DNA of 43,247 bases from Patescibacteria group bacterium (GTDB lineage: Bacteria; Patescibacteriota; UBA1384; 2-12-FULL-50-11). A program made the position numbers and the translations under genes. The notes beneath the pieces were generated by a model. That model searched no databases. It saw only the letters and a list, made by a program, of their open reading frames with translations, and had not been told where the DNA came from. Shown here piece by piece: positions 25,787 to 35,546 of this stretch. The first letter of the stretch is position 1, and each line of letters starts with the position of its first letter. The stretch covers positions 1 through 43,247 of the forward strand of contig JALHMV010000005.1 of the NCBI GenBank assembly GCA_022843855.1, written 5' to 3'.

Positions 25787-27253
25787 ATGTCATCGCTTTA
25801 TCGACAGTATCGGCCGCAACAGTTTAGCGATGTTTTAGGTCAAGATCATATTAGTACAACGCTCCAGGCGGCGCTCAAGGCCGATCGGATTGGTCACGCA
25901 TACCTTTTTTCGGGACCGCGCGGAACCGGTAAGACAACGCTCGCTCGTCTTTTTGCCCGGGCGATCAACTGCCCGAAGCGCCTCAAGAGCGGTGACCCGT
26001 GCGGAAAATGTTCGATCTGTCAGGAGATTGCGGCCGGAAAGGCCGTTGATGTATTTGAGATTGACGCGGCATCTAATCGCGGGATCGACGAGATTCGTGA
26101 GCTCCGTGACCGAATCGCTTTTAGCCCAGTTCAAGCTAAGTACAAGGTCTTTGTTATCGATGAGGTTCATATGCTGACGAAGGAGGCGTTTAATGCCTTG
26201 CTCAAAACCCTCGAAGAGCCGCCGGCTCACGCAGTATTTATCTTAGCTACGACCGAGCTCCACAAGGTGCCTGATACGATCGTTTCGCGCTGCCAGCGGT
26301 TTGCGTTTCATCGAGCTTCGGGGGAGGCGCTGACTAAATTGCTTAGCGAAACTGCTGCGCAGGAGAAGATTGAGATCAACGAAAGCGGTATCGTAGCCGT
26401 TGCCGAACGAGCAGACGGTTCATATCGTGACGCGCTGACCCTGCTCGGCAACATCGCGACGCACACTGGTTTGCTCGACGCAACCAAAGTCCGTGAGCTC
26501 CTCGGGCTGCCGCACACCGAAACCGTCAGCCGAGTTTTGGAGCTGATTCAAACAGGCGGAGCAACCGAACTGGCCGAGGTTCTCCGTACCTATATCGCCG
26601 ACGGCCTTGACTTGCCGTCGCTGGTAAAATCGATCGCCGATGAGTGCAAGAACGCACTTCTGAACGGATCAGCTGCCCACCCGCCGGAAGAATTAGCGCA
26701 ACTGCTCGAGCAGCTCCTCCTGAGTCTGGCTCGTTCGCGCACCTCGACCGATCCGACGGCGCTGTTAAGCGCTCATCTTATCGGCCAAGCGCTTAATCGA
26801 AGTCAAACAGTACCGCCGCCAAGCGCGCCGATCGTACGCGACGTTCGGCCACCTGCGGCGCCTTCAGCCGAACCGCCGACCGTTGACGCCGTCGTTTCTG
26901 CTCCGGCTCCGGCTAAGCCGGTCGCGATGCGAGCCGATACAGCGGCCGACTTTTGGCCGCATTTCCTCGAGGGAATTAAGGGCCACAACCACGCGCTCTA
27001 TATGGTAGTTCGCTCGGCCGCGCTTGAAGGACTCACTGATGACAAGGTCGTCATCGCTGTCAAATTCCGTTTTTACGTTGACCGGTTAACAGAAATTCGC
27101 AATAAGAAGATTATCGAGAACGTTGCCAGCGAGGTTGGCGGTCGCCGGCTGGGGCTAGAGTGCGTTATTCGTCCCGAGCTTACGGTGGTTGCGCCGACTG
27201 ATGATTTGGTTCGAACAGTTGTTGATGTATTTGAAGTAGAGGAGAGCGCATGA
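25787..27253 (+). CDS. dnaX: DNA polymerase III subunit gamma/tau
   Basis: Motifs LYRQYRP, GPRGTGKT, EIDAASN, IDEVHML and SRCQ. Alternative start at 25775. Confidence 0.95.
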   Translation: MSSLYRQYRPQQFSDVLGQDHISTTLQAALKADRIGHAYLFSGPRGTGKTTLARLFARAINCPKRLKSGDPCGKCSICQEIAAGKAVDVFEIDAASNRGIDEIRELRDRIAFSPVQAKYKVFVIDEVHMLTKEAFNALLKTLEEPPAHAVFILATTELHKVPDTIVSRCQRFAFHRASGEALTKLLSETAAQEKIEINESGIVAVAERADGSYRDALTLLGNIATHTGLLDATKVRELLGLPHTETVSRVLELIQTGGATELAEVLRTYIADGLDLPSLVKSIADECKNALLNGSAAHPPEELAQLLEQLLLSLARSRTSTDPTALLSAHLIGQALNRSQTVPPPSAPIVRDVRPPAAPSAEPPTVDAVVSAPAPAKPVAMRADTAADFWPHFLEGIKGHNHALYMVVRSAALEGLTDDKVVIAVKFRFYVDRLTEIRNKKIIENVASEVGGRRLGLECVIRPELTVVAPTDDLVRTVVDVFEVEESA

Positions 27254-28623
27254 GTATCGGTAAATTACCGCCCCAAAATAACGAAGCAGAAGCCGCGGTA
27301 TTGGGGGCAATTCTTGTCAACAAGGATGCGATGGACAAAATCGCCGATGTTATCATCGCGGATGACTTCTACCGACAGGATCATCAAAAGATTTTCCGAG
27401 CGATTTTACGTCTGTTTGAGAAGCGGGCCCCGATCGATCTGGTGACGCTGACCAACGAGCTCGAATCGCTCAAAGAGCTGGATTCGGTCGGCGGCGCTGC
27501 GTACCTCGCAGAACTGGTCAACACCGTCCCGACAGCTTTACATGTTTTACACTACGCCGAGATCGTTAGACACAAAGCAACGCTGCGCCGGGTTCTGAAC
27601 GCCGGACAGAAGATCGCTGAGCTTGGGTACGACGAAGATAAGGAGGTTCAAGAGATCTTGGATGAAGCCGAGTCCGCACTATTCGGCGTTTCGAGACAGC
27701 TCTTGAAAGATAATTTTCAGGTTATTAGCGACATCTTGGCAGCCAGCTTTGATCGAATCGACAAGCTTCATCGGGAGAAGGGCTTGCTGCGCGGCGTCAC
27801 GACTGGTTTTCGAGGGTTGGATAACCTCCTGTCTGGGCTTCAGCCGTCCGACCTCATTATCTTGGCTGCCAGGCCGAGTATGGGTAAAACAACCTTTGCT
27901 TTAAACATCGCCTTAAATGCGGCCGTCAAGGCCAAAGTCCCGGTCGGCTTCTTTAGTCTTGAGCAAAGTAAAGAGCAGATCGTTGACCGTCTTATCTGCG
28001 CTCAGGCGATGGTTGATGGTTGGAAGCTGCGAACCGGCAACCTTAGCGAAGATGATTTTCCGGCTATCGGTATGGCGATGGGAACGCTGGCTGAGGCACC
28101 GATCTATATCGACGATTCACCCAATCTCACCGCGATCGAGATACGAACCAAAGCTCGCCGCCTGAAAGCAGAGCAAAAACTCGGCCTAATCGTTATCGAT
28201 TACCTTCAGCTGCTCGAGGCTTCTCGCCGTGACGGTCGAGATTCGAACCGAGTCCAGGAAGTGTCTGAAATCTCCCGTTCGCTCAAAGCCTTGGCTCGTG
28301 AGCTGGACGTGCCGGTCATCGCACTCTCCCAGCTGTCACGGAATGTTGAGAACCGCGACAAGAAACTACCGCAACTATCCGATCTTCGAGAGTCGGGTTC
28401 GATCGAACAGGACGCTGACGTTGTTATGTTTCTCTATCGTGAGGATTACTACGATCGGGAAACGGAGCGAAAAGGCATTACTGATGTTCTCATTCGTAAG
28501 CATCGAAACGGTCCGATCGGCGAGTGCGAGCTGCACTTCAAGGCCGAGCAGTCTCGATTCTATGATGTGGAACGGCGGGTTAAGCCCGGTGCGGCACCGC
28601 GTCCAGCTCCGAAGGCCCAGTAA
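27250..28623 (+). CDS. dnaB: Replicative DNA helicase
   Basis: Motifs AARPSMGKT, IDYLQL, LSQLSR and DLRESGSIEQDAD. No intein. Confidence 0.97.
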   Translation: MSIGKLPPQNNEAEAAVLGAILVNKDAMDKIADVIIADDFYRQDHQKIFRAILRLFEKRAPIDLVTLTNELESLKELDSVGGAAYLAELVNTVPTALHVLHYAEIVRHKATLRRVLNAGQKIAELGYDEDKEVQEILDEAESALFGVSRQLLKDNFQVISDILAASFDRIDKLHREKGLLRGVTTGFRGLDNLLSGLQPSDLIILAARPSMGKTTFALNIALNAAVKAKVPVGFFSLEQSKEQIVDRLICAQAMVDGWKLRTGNLSEDDFPAIGMAMGTLAEAPIYIDDSPNLTAIEIRTKARRLKAEQKLGLIVIDYLQLLEASRRDGRDSNRVQEVSEISRSLKALARELDVPVIALSQLSRNVENRDKKLPQLSDLRESGSIEQDADVVMFLYREDYYDRETERKGITDVLIRKHRNGPIGECELHFKAEQSRFYDVERRVKPGAAPRPAPKAQ

Positions 28624-30500
28624 TGACAGTCGTGGAGGGGAGAGACACAGTTCTGGAAGGTTTGAATCCGGCTCAAAAGGAAGCGGTACTGGCCACCGAC
28701 GGGCCTGTTTTGATACTCGCTGGTGCGGGGAGCGGCAAAACTAAGTGCTTAACTCATCGACTCGCTCATATTGTGGCAACCAAAAAGGCGGACTTGAACC
28801 AAATCCTCGCGATTACCTTTACGAACAAAGCTGCGCAAGAGTTAGCCGGTCGGATCGCCAAGATCTTGGGCTTGCCCGTCCAGGATCTGCAGCGTAACCC
28901 TGGTCTGTTTATGCGCCGCTATCTGCCGTGGGTCGGCACGTTCCACTCGGTCTGTGTCCGGATTTTGCGGGCCGAGCACGAACAGTTGGGACTGCCCAAG
29001 TCGTTTACGATTTTTGACTCTGACGACTCGCTGTCGCTTGTTCGCGGATTGATTAAGGATCTTGGCTACGATCCAAAGCAGTTCTCGCCCAACGCGGTAC
29101 GCGGAGCGATCTCAAGCGCCAAAAATGAGCTGCTAACTCCTGAGGAGTACGCCAAATACGCCCAAGGGTATTTTCAAGAAATCGTGGTCCAGGTGTACCG
29201 ACGGTATCAGAAGCGCCTCGTTGAGCTAGGCGCGCTCGATTTTGACGATCTCATTATGGCGGTCGTCAAATTGCTGGAGCAGTTTCCGGAAACCAGGCGG
29301 AAGTATCAGGAGCAGTTTCGCTACGTCATGGTTGATGAGTATCAGGACACAAACCACGCTCAGTATCGTTTGACGGGTCTACTAGTTAACTCCCAGACCC
29401 AAAACTTGTGCGTCGTGGGTGACGACTATCAATCGATATATGGCTGGCGCGGCGCTAACTTCCACAACATCCTCAACTTCAATCGGGATTACCCAAAGGC
29501 AACGATCTGCAAGCTGGAGCAGAACTACCGCTCAACGAAAACAATCATTTCCGGTGCCGCCCAGGTGGTGGAACGGATCAAGCGCCGGAGCGATAAGAAG
29601 CTCTGGACCGATAACGAGGAGGGGCCGCCGATTTCGGTCTACGAGGCCAACAACGGCTACGGCGAAGCCGAGTTTATCGCTCGAGAGATCCGCGGGCTGA
29701 AAGTCTACGGCCATTCCTGGGGTGATTTCGCGGTTTTATACCGAACCAACGGTCAGTCCCGGGTGATCGAAGAAATATTTTTAGCGGAGGGCATTCCGTA
29801 CCGGTTAGTCGGTGCTCTGCGATTCTACGAACGCAAGGAGGTGAAGGATCTCTTAGCTTATCTTCGGTACCTCAACAACGAGAGCGATCGTCACGCCTTC
29901 GAACGAGCGATTAACACACCGCCACGCGGTATCGGCCCAAAAACCCTGGAGAAGGGCGGCGAGAAGGTTGAAGCGTTCCAGCGGAGTATGCGAGAAATTC
30001 GCGAACAGCTACCGCTTCTTAAACCAGTCGAAGTCCTCGACAAAGTATTGCACTTCAGTAAGTACAAGGGCTTTGTCGATGATGGGACGCCGGAAGGCGA
30101 GGGAAGAGTCGAAAACGTTGAAGAAATGGTTAACCTCGCCAGCGAGTTCGAATCGCTCGATGATTTTCTTGAGCACGTCACGCTGGTCAGCGATGTCGAT
30201 AACTACGACTCGTCGGCTGATGCGGTGACGTTGATGAGTATGCACGCGTCTAAGGGATTGGAATTCACCGTTGTCTTTCTGGCTGGGTGTGAGGAAGGAC
30301 TTTTCCCTCACATGAGAGCGCTCGACGAAGAGTCGGAGATGGATGAAGAGCGTCGACTCTGCTACGTCGCGATGACCCGCGCGCGAAAGCGGCTGTATCT
30401 GACACTAGCGCGCCAGCGATTGATGCACGGCGGGCTGATTAACACCATCCCCAGCCGCTTTATTCGCGAAATTGACCAAAACCTTCTCGATATGGTTTAG
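28623..30500 (+). CDS. uvrD: UvrD/PcrA SF1 DNA helicase (compact)
   Basis: Motifs AGAGSGKT, VDEYQDTN, VGDDYQSIYGWRGA, NYRS and EERRLCYVAMTRA. Confidence 0.93.
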   Translation: MTVVEGRDTVLEGLNPAQKEAVLATDGPVLILAGAGSGKTKCLTHRLAHIVATKKADLNQILAITFTNKAAQELAGRIAKILGLPVQDLQRNPGLFMRRYLPWVGTFHSVCVRILRAEHEQLGLPKSFTIFDSDDSLSLVRGLIKDLGYDPKQFSPNAVRGAISSAKNELLTPEEYAKYAQGYFQEIVVQVYRRYQKRLVELGALDFDDLIMAVVKLLEQFPETRRKYQEQFRYVMVDEYQDTNHAQYRLTGLLVNSQTQNLCVVGDDYQSIYGWRGANFHNILNFNRDYPKATICKLEQNYRSTKTIISGAAQVVERIKRRSDKKLWTDNEEGPPISVYEANNGYGEAEFIAREIRGLKVYGHSWGDFAVLYRTNGQSRVIEEIFLAEGIPYRLVGALRFYERKEVKDLLAYLRYLNNESDRHAFERAINTPPRGIGPKTLEKGGEKVEAFQRSMREIREQLPLLKPVEVLDKVLHFSKYKGFVDDGTPEGEGRVENVEEMVNLASEFESLDDFLEHVTLVSDVDNYDSSADAVTLMSMHASKGLEFTVVFLAGCEEGLFPHMRALDEESEMDEERRLCYVAMTRARKRLYLTLARQRLMHGGLINTIPSRFIREIDQNLLDMV

Positions 30501-30521
30501 CCCTTGTGGTTTAATACTGGC

Positions 30522-31001
30522 ATGGATCGCGAAACAGCCGAGCTGACAAATCTTCGACAGGAGATACTGGAACGCGTGCGCGGGCTGCACGGGATACTTA
30601 CCGTTTCAAGCTACCTGACGACAGCGTTTCTGATCGCTGGGTTTATTCTGGTAGCCTTTACGCCGGTAATACTGATGTACTGGTATGTCCTCCTTGCTCC
30701 ACTTGTTTTCGTGACGCTGACGTTCAATTATCAGGCCAACCAAATGACGATGGAGGCGGTAGGGGCGTATCTTCGCTCAAAAGAACAAGATTCTGGTTGG
30801 GAAACATTTTACGGCCACCACAAAAAACGGGTGCAATTGACGAGTTTTCTTAAAATAATGCCACTGATGATTCCGCAGTTGCTGCCTGCTATCCTGCTCA
30901 TCTCCAATGCTCCGCTAACAGATGGTCAAGCGATTCTCGCTTCGGTTGATATTGCCCTCTTCCTCCTTGTTGCGGCCAATTTCCGGTATAAATTGTTCTA
31001 G
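30522..31001 (+). CDS. Hypothetical membrane protein (about 4 TM)
   Basis: ORF with hydrophobic segments; ATG 30522 lies 6 nt after TTTAAT. Confidence 0.7.
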   Translation: MDRETAELTNLRQEILERVRGLHGILTVSSYLTTAFLIAGFILVAFTPVILMYWYVLLAPLVFVTLTFNYQANQMTMEAVGAYLRSKEQDSGWETFYGHHKKRVQLTSFLKIMPLMIPQLLPAILLISNAPLTDGQAILASVDIALFLLVAANFRYKLF

Positions 31002-31044
31002 TAACGATTGACTTTTCGCCTCACTCGGCTACGGTAAATCGTAC

Positions 31045-32028
31045 ATGAGGTCGGTTCCGGCACTCGTCACTAGCACTGTTTTTTTGCTGACGCTGGGCAG
31101 TTTATTTTTCCGTTCAACACCCCCAACCGCCGTGCCCGTTGTGGCGGCTGACACGAAGGCAAACCATCCAGAAGAAACATTTACCGCTGACAGTTCGGCC
31201 CGAACGGTGGTTGCGTCTTTTGCCCAAGCAGGACGGCCGTATTACCCCGAGGATAAAGTTGTTGCCTTTCCGGATCCAGCTCTTGGTCTTGGGACGGTTA
31301 TCACTGTTACCCGGGCGATGCCGGTGGTGGTTCAGGACGGGAAAAGAACTACGACGCTTCGAACCTGGCAAAGCACCGTTGAAGGTTTGCTAAACGAGAA
31401 AAAATTAGAATTGGGAGCGGAAGACCGGATCTCACCAACCGGACCAACGTCGCTATCGCCCAATCTTCGCATTGTTATTACTCGCGTCGCTCGAACCCAG
31501 GTAGTTGAAAAAGAAACGATTGTGTTTCAAACAGTCATCGAGAAAGACTACAGTCAGTTTGTCGGTGGTCAGAAGGTGGTTCAGGCGGGTAAGAATGGTG
31601 AGAAAGAAAAAACCTACCTCCTTATTCGAGAAGACGGTGAGCTGATCAGTAAGACACTGCTTTCCAGCGCCACAACCACCCAGCCGCAAACCCAGCGAAT
31701 CCAACAAGGCGGTTTAAATCCGGTTATGGCCAAGTGCGTTCAATATAAGGATTGGGTTGTTGATGCGAGCAAAAAGAACGGCATCGACCCCAACGCGCTG
31801 TTTTACCGACTACAAAAAGAAAGTAGCTGCAACCCCTATGCGGTTGGTTACGGACCAAAAGGCCAGGTCTACGAGGGAATGTTTCAGTATCAAAAAGGCG
31901 AACTGTGGAATACGCTCAGTACTAATGCTGGCTTTGCTGGTAAAAGCGTCTGGGACGCCAAGGCGCAAATCTACGTGACGGCATGGGCATGGGCCAACGG
32001 TCATCGTTCGCGCTGGCCGAGTCCTTAG
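31045..32028 (+). CDS. DUF348/G5-domain protein with a C-terminal lysozyme-like domain (RpfB/YabE-like)
   Basis: N-terminal anchor, TVEGLL..LG..D ubiquitin-like repeat, G5 (VQAGKNGEK), KESSCNP...GMFQY catalytic region; upstream of rsmA. Confidence 0.8.
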   Translation: MRSVPALVTSTVFLLTLGSLFFRSTPPTAVPVVAADTKANHPEETFTADSSARTVVASFAQAGRPYYPEDKVVAFPDPALGLGTVITVTRAMPVVVQDGKRTTTLRTWQSTVEGLLNEKKLELGAEDRISPTGPTSLSPNLRIVITRVARTQVVEKETIVFQTVIEKDYSQFVGGQKVVQAGKNGEKEKTYLLIREDGELISKTLLSSATTTQPQTQRIQQGGLNPVMAKCVQYKDWVVDASKKNGIDPNALFYRLQKESSCNPYAVGYGPKGQVYEGMFQYQKGELWNTLSTNAGFAGKSVWDAKAQIYVTAWAWANGHRSRWPSP

Positions 32029-32147
32029 ACTCGATTTATCTTCTCGCGATCGCTACAATCGACTCTGACCGTAGGACGTATTCTTTGAGCGCACCTGCAC
32101 AACCCAAGACCACATTTAAGACAAGGTTTCAAGGTATAATACGGGCG

Positions 32148-32945
32148 ATGGATCCCCGCGCGATACTTCAAGAACTCCAACGAAAGGCCAAGAAACAATT
32201 TGGCCAGAATTTTTTGATCGATAGCGAGGTACTCGACGATATCGTGGCAGCTGCCGGTCTTACTGCGAACGATACCGTTGTCGAAATCGGTCCCGGTTTG
32301 GGGGCGCTTACCTTCGAGCTAGCCAAACGGATAAAGCGGGTCGTTTCGATTGAAGCCGACTACGACTTAGCCAGCTATCTTCGCCCGAAACTACCGAAGA
32401 ACGTCGACCTGATCGCCGGCGATGCGCTCCAAACCGACTGGCATGTAACGATCGAGGACGACTATAAGATTGTCGCCAATATCCCGTACTCGATCACCTC
32501 ACCGCTCTTACGTAAGATCTATACGCATACCCACCCACCCACGACAGTCGTACTATTGGTTCAGAAAGAATTAGCCGAGCGGATTACCGCCCCAGCGGGT
32601 AGCAGCAATCGGGGCATGCTGACCCTGCTCACCGAGGCGTCTGCCCGTGCTGAGATCGTCCGAACCGTCCCGGCCGTGTCTTTTTACCCAGTACCAAAAG
32701 TCGAGTCGGCAGTGATCCGTCTTGTGCCGAAGCAAAACGAGATGTCGTCGATCTTTTGGCCGGCCGTTGAGGCGGGATTCAGGCACAAGCGCCAAACGCT
32801 GGCTAACTCACTGAAAGATATCCAAGTGAGCAAGGAACAAAGCGAGAAGCTCTTGGCCGAACTCGGCCTCGACCCAATGGTTCGCCCGCAAGTACTCTCG
32901 TTTTCAGATTGGCAGCACCTATCGCTGTTGATCCAGGGAAAGTAA
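32148..32945 (+). CDS. rsmA: 16S rRNA m6,2A1518/1519 dimethyltransferase
   Basis: Motifs KKQFGQNFL, VEIGPGLG, ANIPYSIT and FYPVPKVES. Confidence 0.95.
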   Translation: MDPRAILQELQRKAKKQFGQNFLIDSEVLDDIVAAAGLTANDTVVEIGPGLGALTFELAKRIKRVVSIEADYDLASYLRPKLPKNVDLIAGDALQTDWHVTIEDDYKIVANIPYSITSPLLRKIYTHTHPPTTVVLLVQKELAERITAPAGSSNRGMLTLLTEASARAEIVRTVPAVSFYPVPKVESAVIRLVPKQNEMSSIFWPAVEAGFRHKRQTLANSLKDIQVSKEQSEKLLAELGLDPMVRPQVLSFSDWQHLSLLIQGK

Positions 32946-32986
32946 GCGTCTACAATTCATAGACCGTTTTGTACCGGTGGATTGCA

Positions 32987-33211
32987 ATGAAAGATCGGCT
33001 CGAAAACTTTCTCGGCCTCAGCTATCTGATCGCCCTGGTTGGCCTGACGCTTTTGTGGCTAGCCCTCCTCGTTACGGGAACGGCCTGGCTCTTTACTCGG
33101 ACATGGAGCTGGGAGCTGTTCCGCGGCGCTTTCGGTGTGCTTAGCGTCGCCCTGCTCCTGGTTGGCGCCTACCTTACGTGGATCACCCAAGCGAACGGAC
33201 CGCCGGCGTAG
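32987..33211 (+). CDS. Small 2-TM hypothetical membrane protein
   Basis: 74-aa ORF with two hydrophobic helices. Confidence 0.6.
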   Translation: MKDRLENFLGLSYLIALVGLTLLWLALLVTGTAWLFTRTWSWELFRGAFGVLSVALLLVGAYLTWITQANGPPA

Positions 33212-33242
33212 GCGAAGATCAGACGCACTTCCGTCCCCCTTG

Positions 33243-33264
33243 TGGCCAGCGAGCTCGCTGGCCA
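33243..33264. repeat. Perfect 22-bp palindrome abutting the rsmI -10 element
   Basis: TGGCCAGCGAGCTCGCTGGCCA equals its own reverse complement. Confidence 0.8.
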
Positions 33265-33281
33265 TTATACTTACGCCAATA

Positions 33282-33959
33282 ATGCTTTACCTTGTCGCCA
33301 CCCCAATCGGCAATTTGGCTGACATCACCTTTCGGGCGGTGGAAACGCTCAGAAACGTCGACAGAATTTACTGCGAGGACACCCGTCGGACGCGGATTTT
33401 ACTGGATCACTACAATATTCAGAAACCGCTTGAGAGCTACCATCATCACAGTGACTACAAAATTGGGGCAATTACCAACATGCTCAAAAGCGGTCAGTCG
33501 GTTGCCTACGTGAGCGACGCCGGCACCCCTGGTCTGGCCGATCCTGGCGGCAAGCTAGTTGCCGCCGCTCGAGCAGCCGGTCTGCCAGTTGTACCGATAC
33601 CCGGCCCATCAGCAGTAACAACACTACTATCGGTATCCGGTATGTACGCCAATCAATATTTCTTTGCCGGGTATGTTCCAACTAAGAAGGGTCGCCAAAC
33701 CTTTGTCAAAAGCCTCCTTACCGCTACCGTTCCGACCGTCTTTTTCGAAACAGCGCCACGCTTTCTTAAGCTACTTGGCGAGATCGAAACCCTCGGCGGC
33801 GCCGAGCGCAGGTTGGTTGTCGGTCGCGAGCTGACCAAGCAGTTCGAAGAGATACGCAACGGCACGGTTGTCGATCTGAAGACACATTTCACTAACGATA
33901 AACCGCGAGGCGAACTGGTTATAATCTTGACAAGTATGGGGACTAAGGAGTATAGTTAA
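33282..33959 (+). CDS. rsmI: 16S rRNA C1402 2'-O-methyltransferase
   Basis: Motifs LYLVATPIGNLADIT, CEDTR, SDAGTPG, PIPGPSA and RELTK. Confidence 0.95.
   Translation: MLYLVATPIGNLADITFRAVETLRNVDRIYCEDTRRTRILLDHYNIQKPLESYHHHSDYKIGAITNMLKSGQSVAYVSDAGTPGLADPGGKLVAAARAAGLPVVPIPGPSAVTTLLSVSGMYANQYFFAGYVPTKKGRQTFVKSLLTATVPTVFFETAPRFLKLLGEIETLGGAERRLVVGRELTKQFEEIRNGTVVDLKTHFTNDKPRGELVIILTSMGTKEYS
33927..33956 (+). promoter_or_regulatory. Near-consensus sigma70 promoter inside the rsmI 3' end
   Basis: TTGACA-18nt-TATAGT. Confidence 0.6.
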
Positions 33960-33962
33960 CAA

Positions 33963-34013
33963 AAGTTCTCATTCACCTCCATCTAGGCCGCCCCTTCGGG
34001 GGCGGCCTAAAAA
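33963..34013 (+). ncRNA. Candidate small RNA / structured leader with anti-SD motif and UUCG hairpin
   Basis: UCACCUCC followed by TAGGCCGCCCC-TTCG-GGGGCGGCCTA, immediately after the promoter. Confidence 0.35.
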
Positions 34014-34041
34014 CTTCCCCCGCATCGGGTATACTACCAGG

Positions 34042-35475
34042 GTGAAAAAGCCAATATACATCACTACCTCGATCGCTTACGTTAACGCCGAACCGCATAT
34101 CGGTTTTTTATACGAGCTTCTCGCGGCCGATGTGCTCAAGCGTTACCACCAGTCGATCGGTCACGAAGTGTTTTTGGTGACCGGTACTGATGAGCACGGC
34201 ACCAAAGTCGCTCAGGCGGCCGCAGCCGCCGGCCAGGAGCCGCAAGCGTACGTTGACCAGGTGGCTGAAAACTTTAAGGCCCTCAAGGATTTTGGAACTG
34301 AGTACGACTATTTTATTCGAACAACTAATCTAGAACACCAGCAGTTTGTGCAGGAAAAATGGACGAAGCTTGTCGAGGCGGGTGTGCTGCAAAAGAAGCC
34401 GTACAAGGGCTTCTACTGCTCGGGGTGTGAGGCTTTCAAAAACGAAAGTGAGATCAAGGACGGTAAGTGCGTTATTCACGAACGCGATCTTGAACAGATC
34501 GAAGAGGAGAACTGGTTTTTAATTCTGAGCGACAATCTTAAGTCCGGCATCAAGAAGTTTATTGAGGAGTGCGTCGAACCAGCTACGAGGCGACAAGAAG
34601 TTCTGAACGTACTTGAAAGCGGCGCCTACGACGAGATTTCCGTATCGCGCTCCAGGGAAAAACTAAGTTGGGGCGTGCCGGTACCGAACGACAACACTCA
34701 AACCATGTACGTTTGGGTCGATGCACTCTTCAACTATCTGTCAGCTCTGAAGATAAACAGTAAAGAAAACTACTGGCCGGCTGATATCCAGATTATCGGC
34801 AAGGACATTCTCAAGTTTCACGCGATTATCTGGCCGGCGTTGTTGCTTGCCACTGGTGAAGAATTACCCAAAAAACTCCTCGTTCACGGCTTTATTAATG
34901 TTGACGGCAAAAAGATGTCAAAATCGCTGGGCAACGTCGTAACGCCTGCAGCGCTGAAAGAGCGCTACGGTGTCGAAGCAACACGTTATCTTCTTTTCCG
35001 CCAGCTCAGTTTCTACGACGACTCAAATTTTTCGTGGGACGAATTTGACGCCCTTTATAACGGGGAGTTGGCGAACGGCCTGGGGAATCTGGTTGCTCGG
35101 GTCATAGGATTGGCAAAAGTCATCCCTACGGACGACCTTGCATCGATTCATCAATGGATCGAGGTTCATCGCCGAAAGCAGCAAGCTTTTTTCAGAGAAA
35201 TACTCAAGCGTGACCGAGTAGATTTTCAGAGAGAGGTCGGCGGTTTCGTAGAGGGCGCTGAAGAATCGTTGATCAACAGAGGCGACTCATTCATCACCCG
35301 TAAGCTCTTGTGGCGAGAAACAGAAAAGAAATCGGTCGAGGTTCGGGCGGTCTTTAACCTTGTTCTAGAGCTATCGTTTCGCCTCGAACCGTTCATGCCC
35401 GAGACGGCTAAAGAGATTCGTCGACAACTTGAAACGCTCGAGTCAAAACCGCTCTTCCCCCGACTCCAGAAGTAA
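34042..35475 (+). CDS. metG: Methionyl-tRNA synthetase (short, no C-terminal tRNA-binding appendage)
   Basis: Motifs YVNAEPHIG, TGTDEHG, YVWVDAL, IGKDILKFH and KMSKS. Confidence 0.95.
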   Translation: MKKPIYITTSIAYVNAEPHIGFLYELLAADVLKRYHQSIGHEVFLVTGTDEHGTKVAQAAAAAGQEPQAYVDQVAENFKALKDFGTEYDYFIRTTNLEHQQFVQEKWTKLVEAGVLQKKPYKGFYCSGCEAFKNESEIKDGKCVIHERDLEQIEEENWFLILSDNLKSGIKKFIEECVEPATRRQEVLNVLESGAYDEISVSRSREKLSWGVPVPNDNTQTMYVWVDALFNYLSALKINSKENYWPADIQIIGKDILKFHAIIWPALLLATGEELPKKLLVHGFINVDGKKMSKSLGNVVTPAALKERYGVEATRYLLFRQLSFYDDSNFSWDEFDALYNGELANGLGNLVARVIGLAKVIPTDDLASIHQWIEVHRRKQQAFFREILKRDRVDFQREVGGFVEGAEESLINRGDSFITRKLLWRETEKKSVEVRAVFNLVLELSFRLEPFMPETAKEIRRQLETLESKPLFPRLQK

Positions 35476-35546
35476 TTTGCAAAAGCCTCGAGTAGCCAGC
35501 ATCATAAATGTATGCTTGGTGACGCTCACTTATTCGCAATCGGAGA

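Noticed and set aside
27250-28623. Intein in DnaB
   Set aside because: Normal length and contiguous motifs.
28623-30500. UvrD as a truncated pseudogene
   Set aside because: All helicase motifs are present; only the 2B region and C-terminal tail are shortened.
33960-34041. T-box or SAM riboswitch before metG; minus-strand mini-ORF MRTFVNYTP
   Set aside because: Too short, with no T-box or S-box consensus. The mini-ORF has only 3 nt of SD spacing and no evident promoter.
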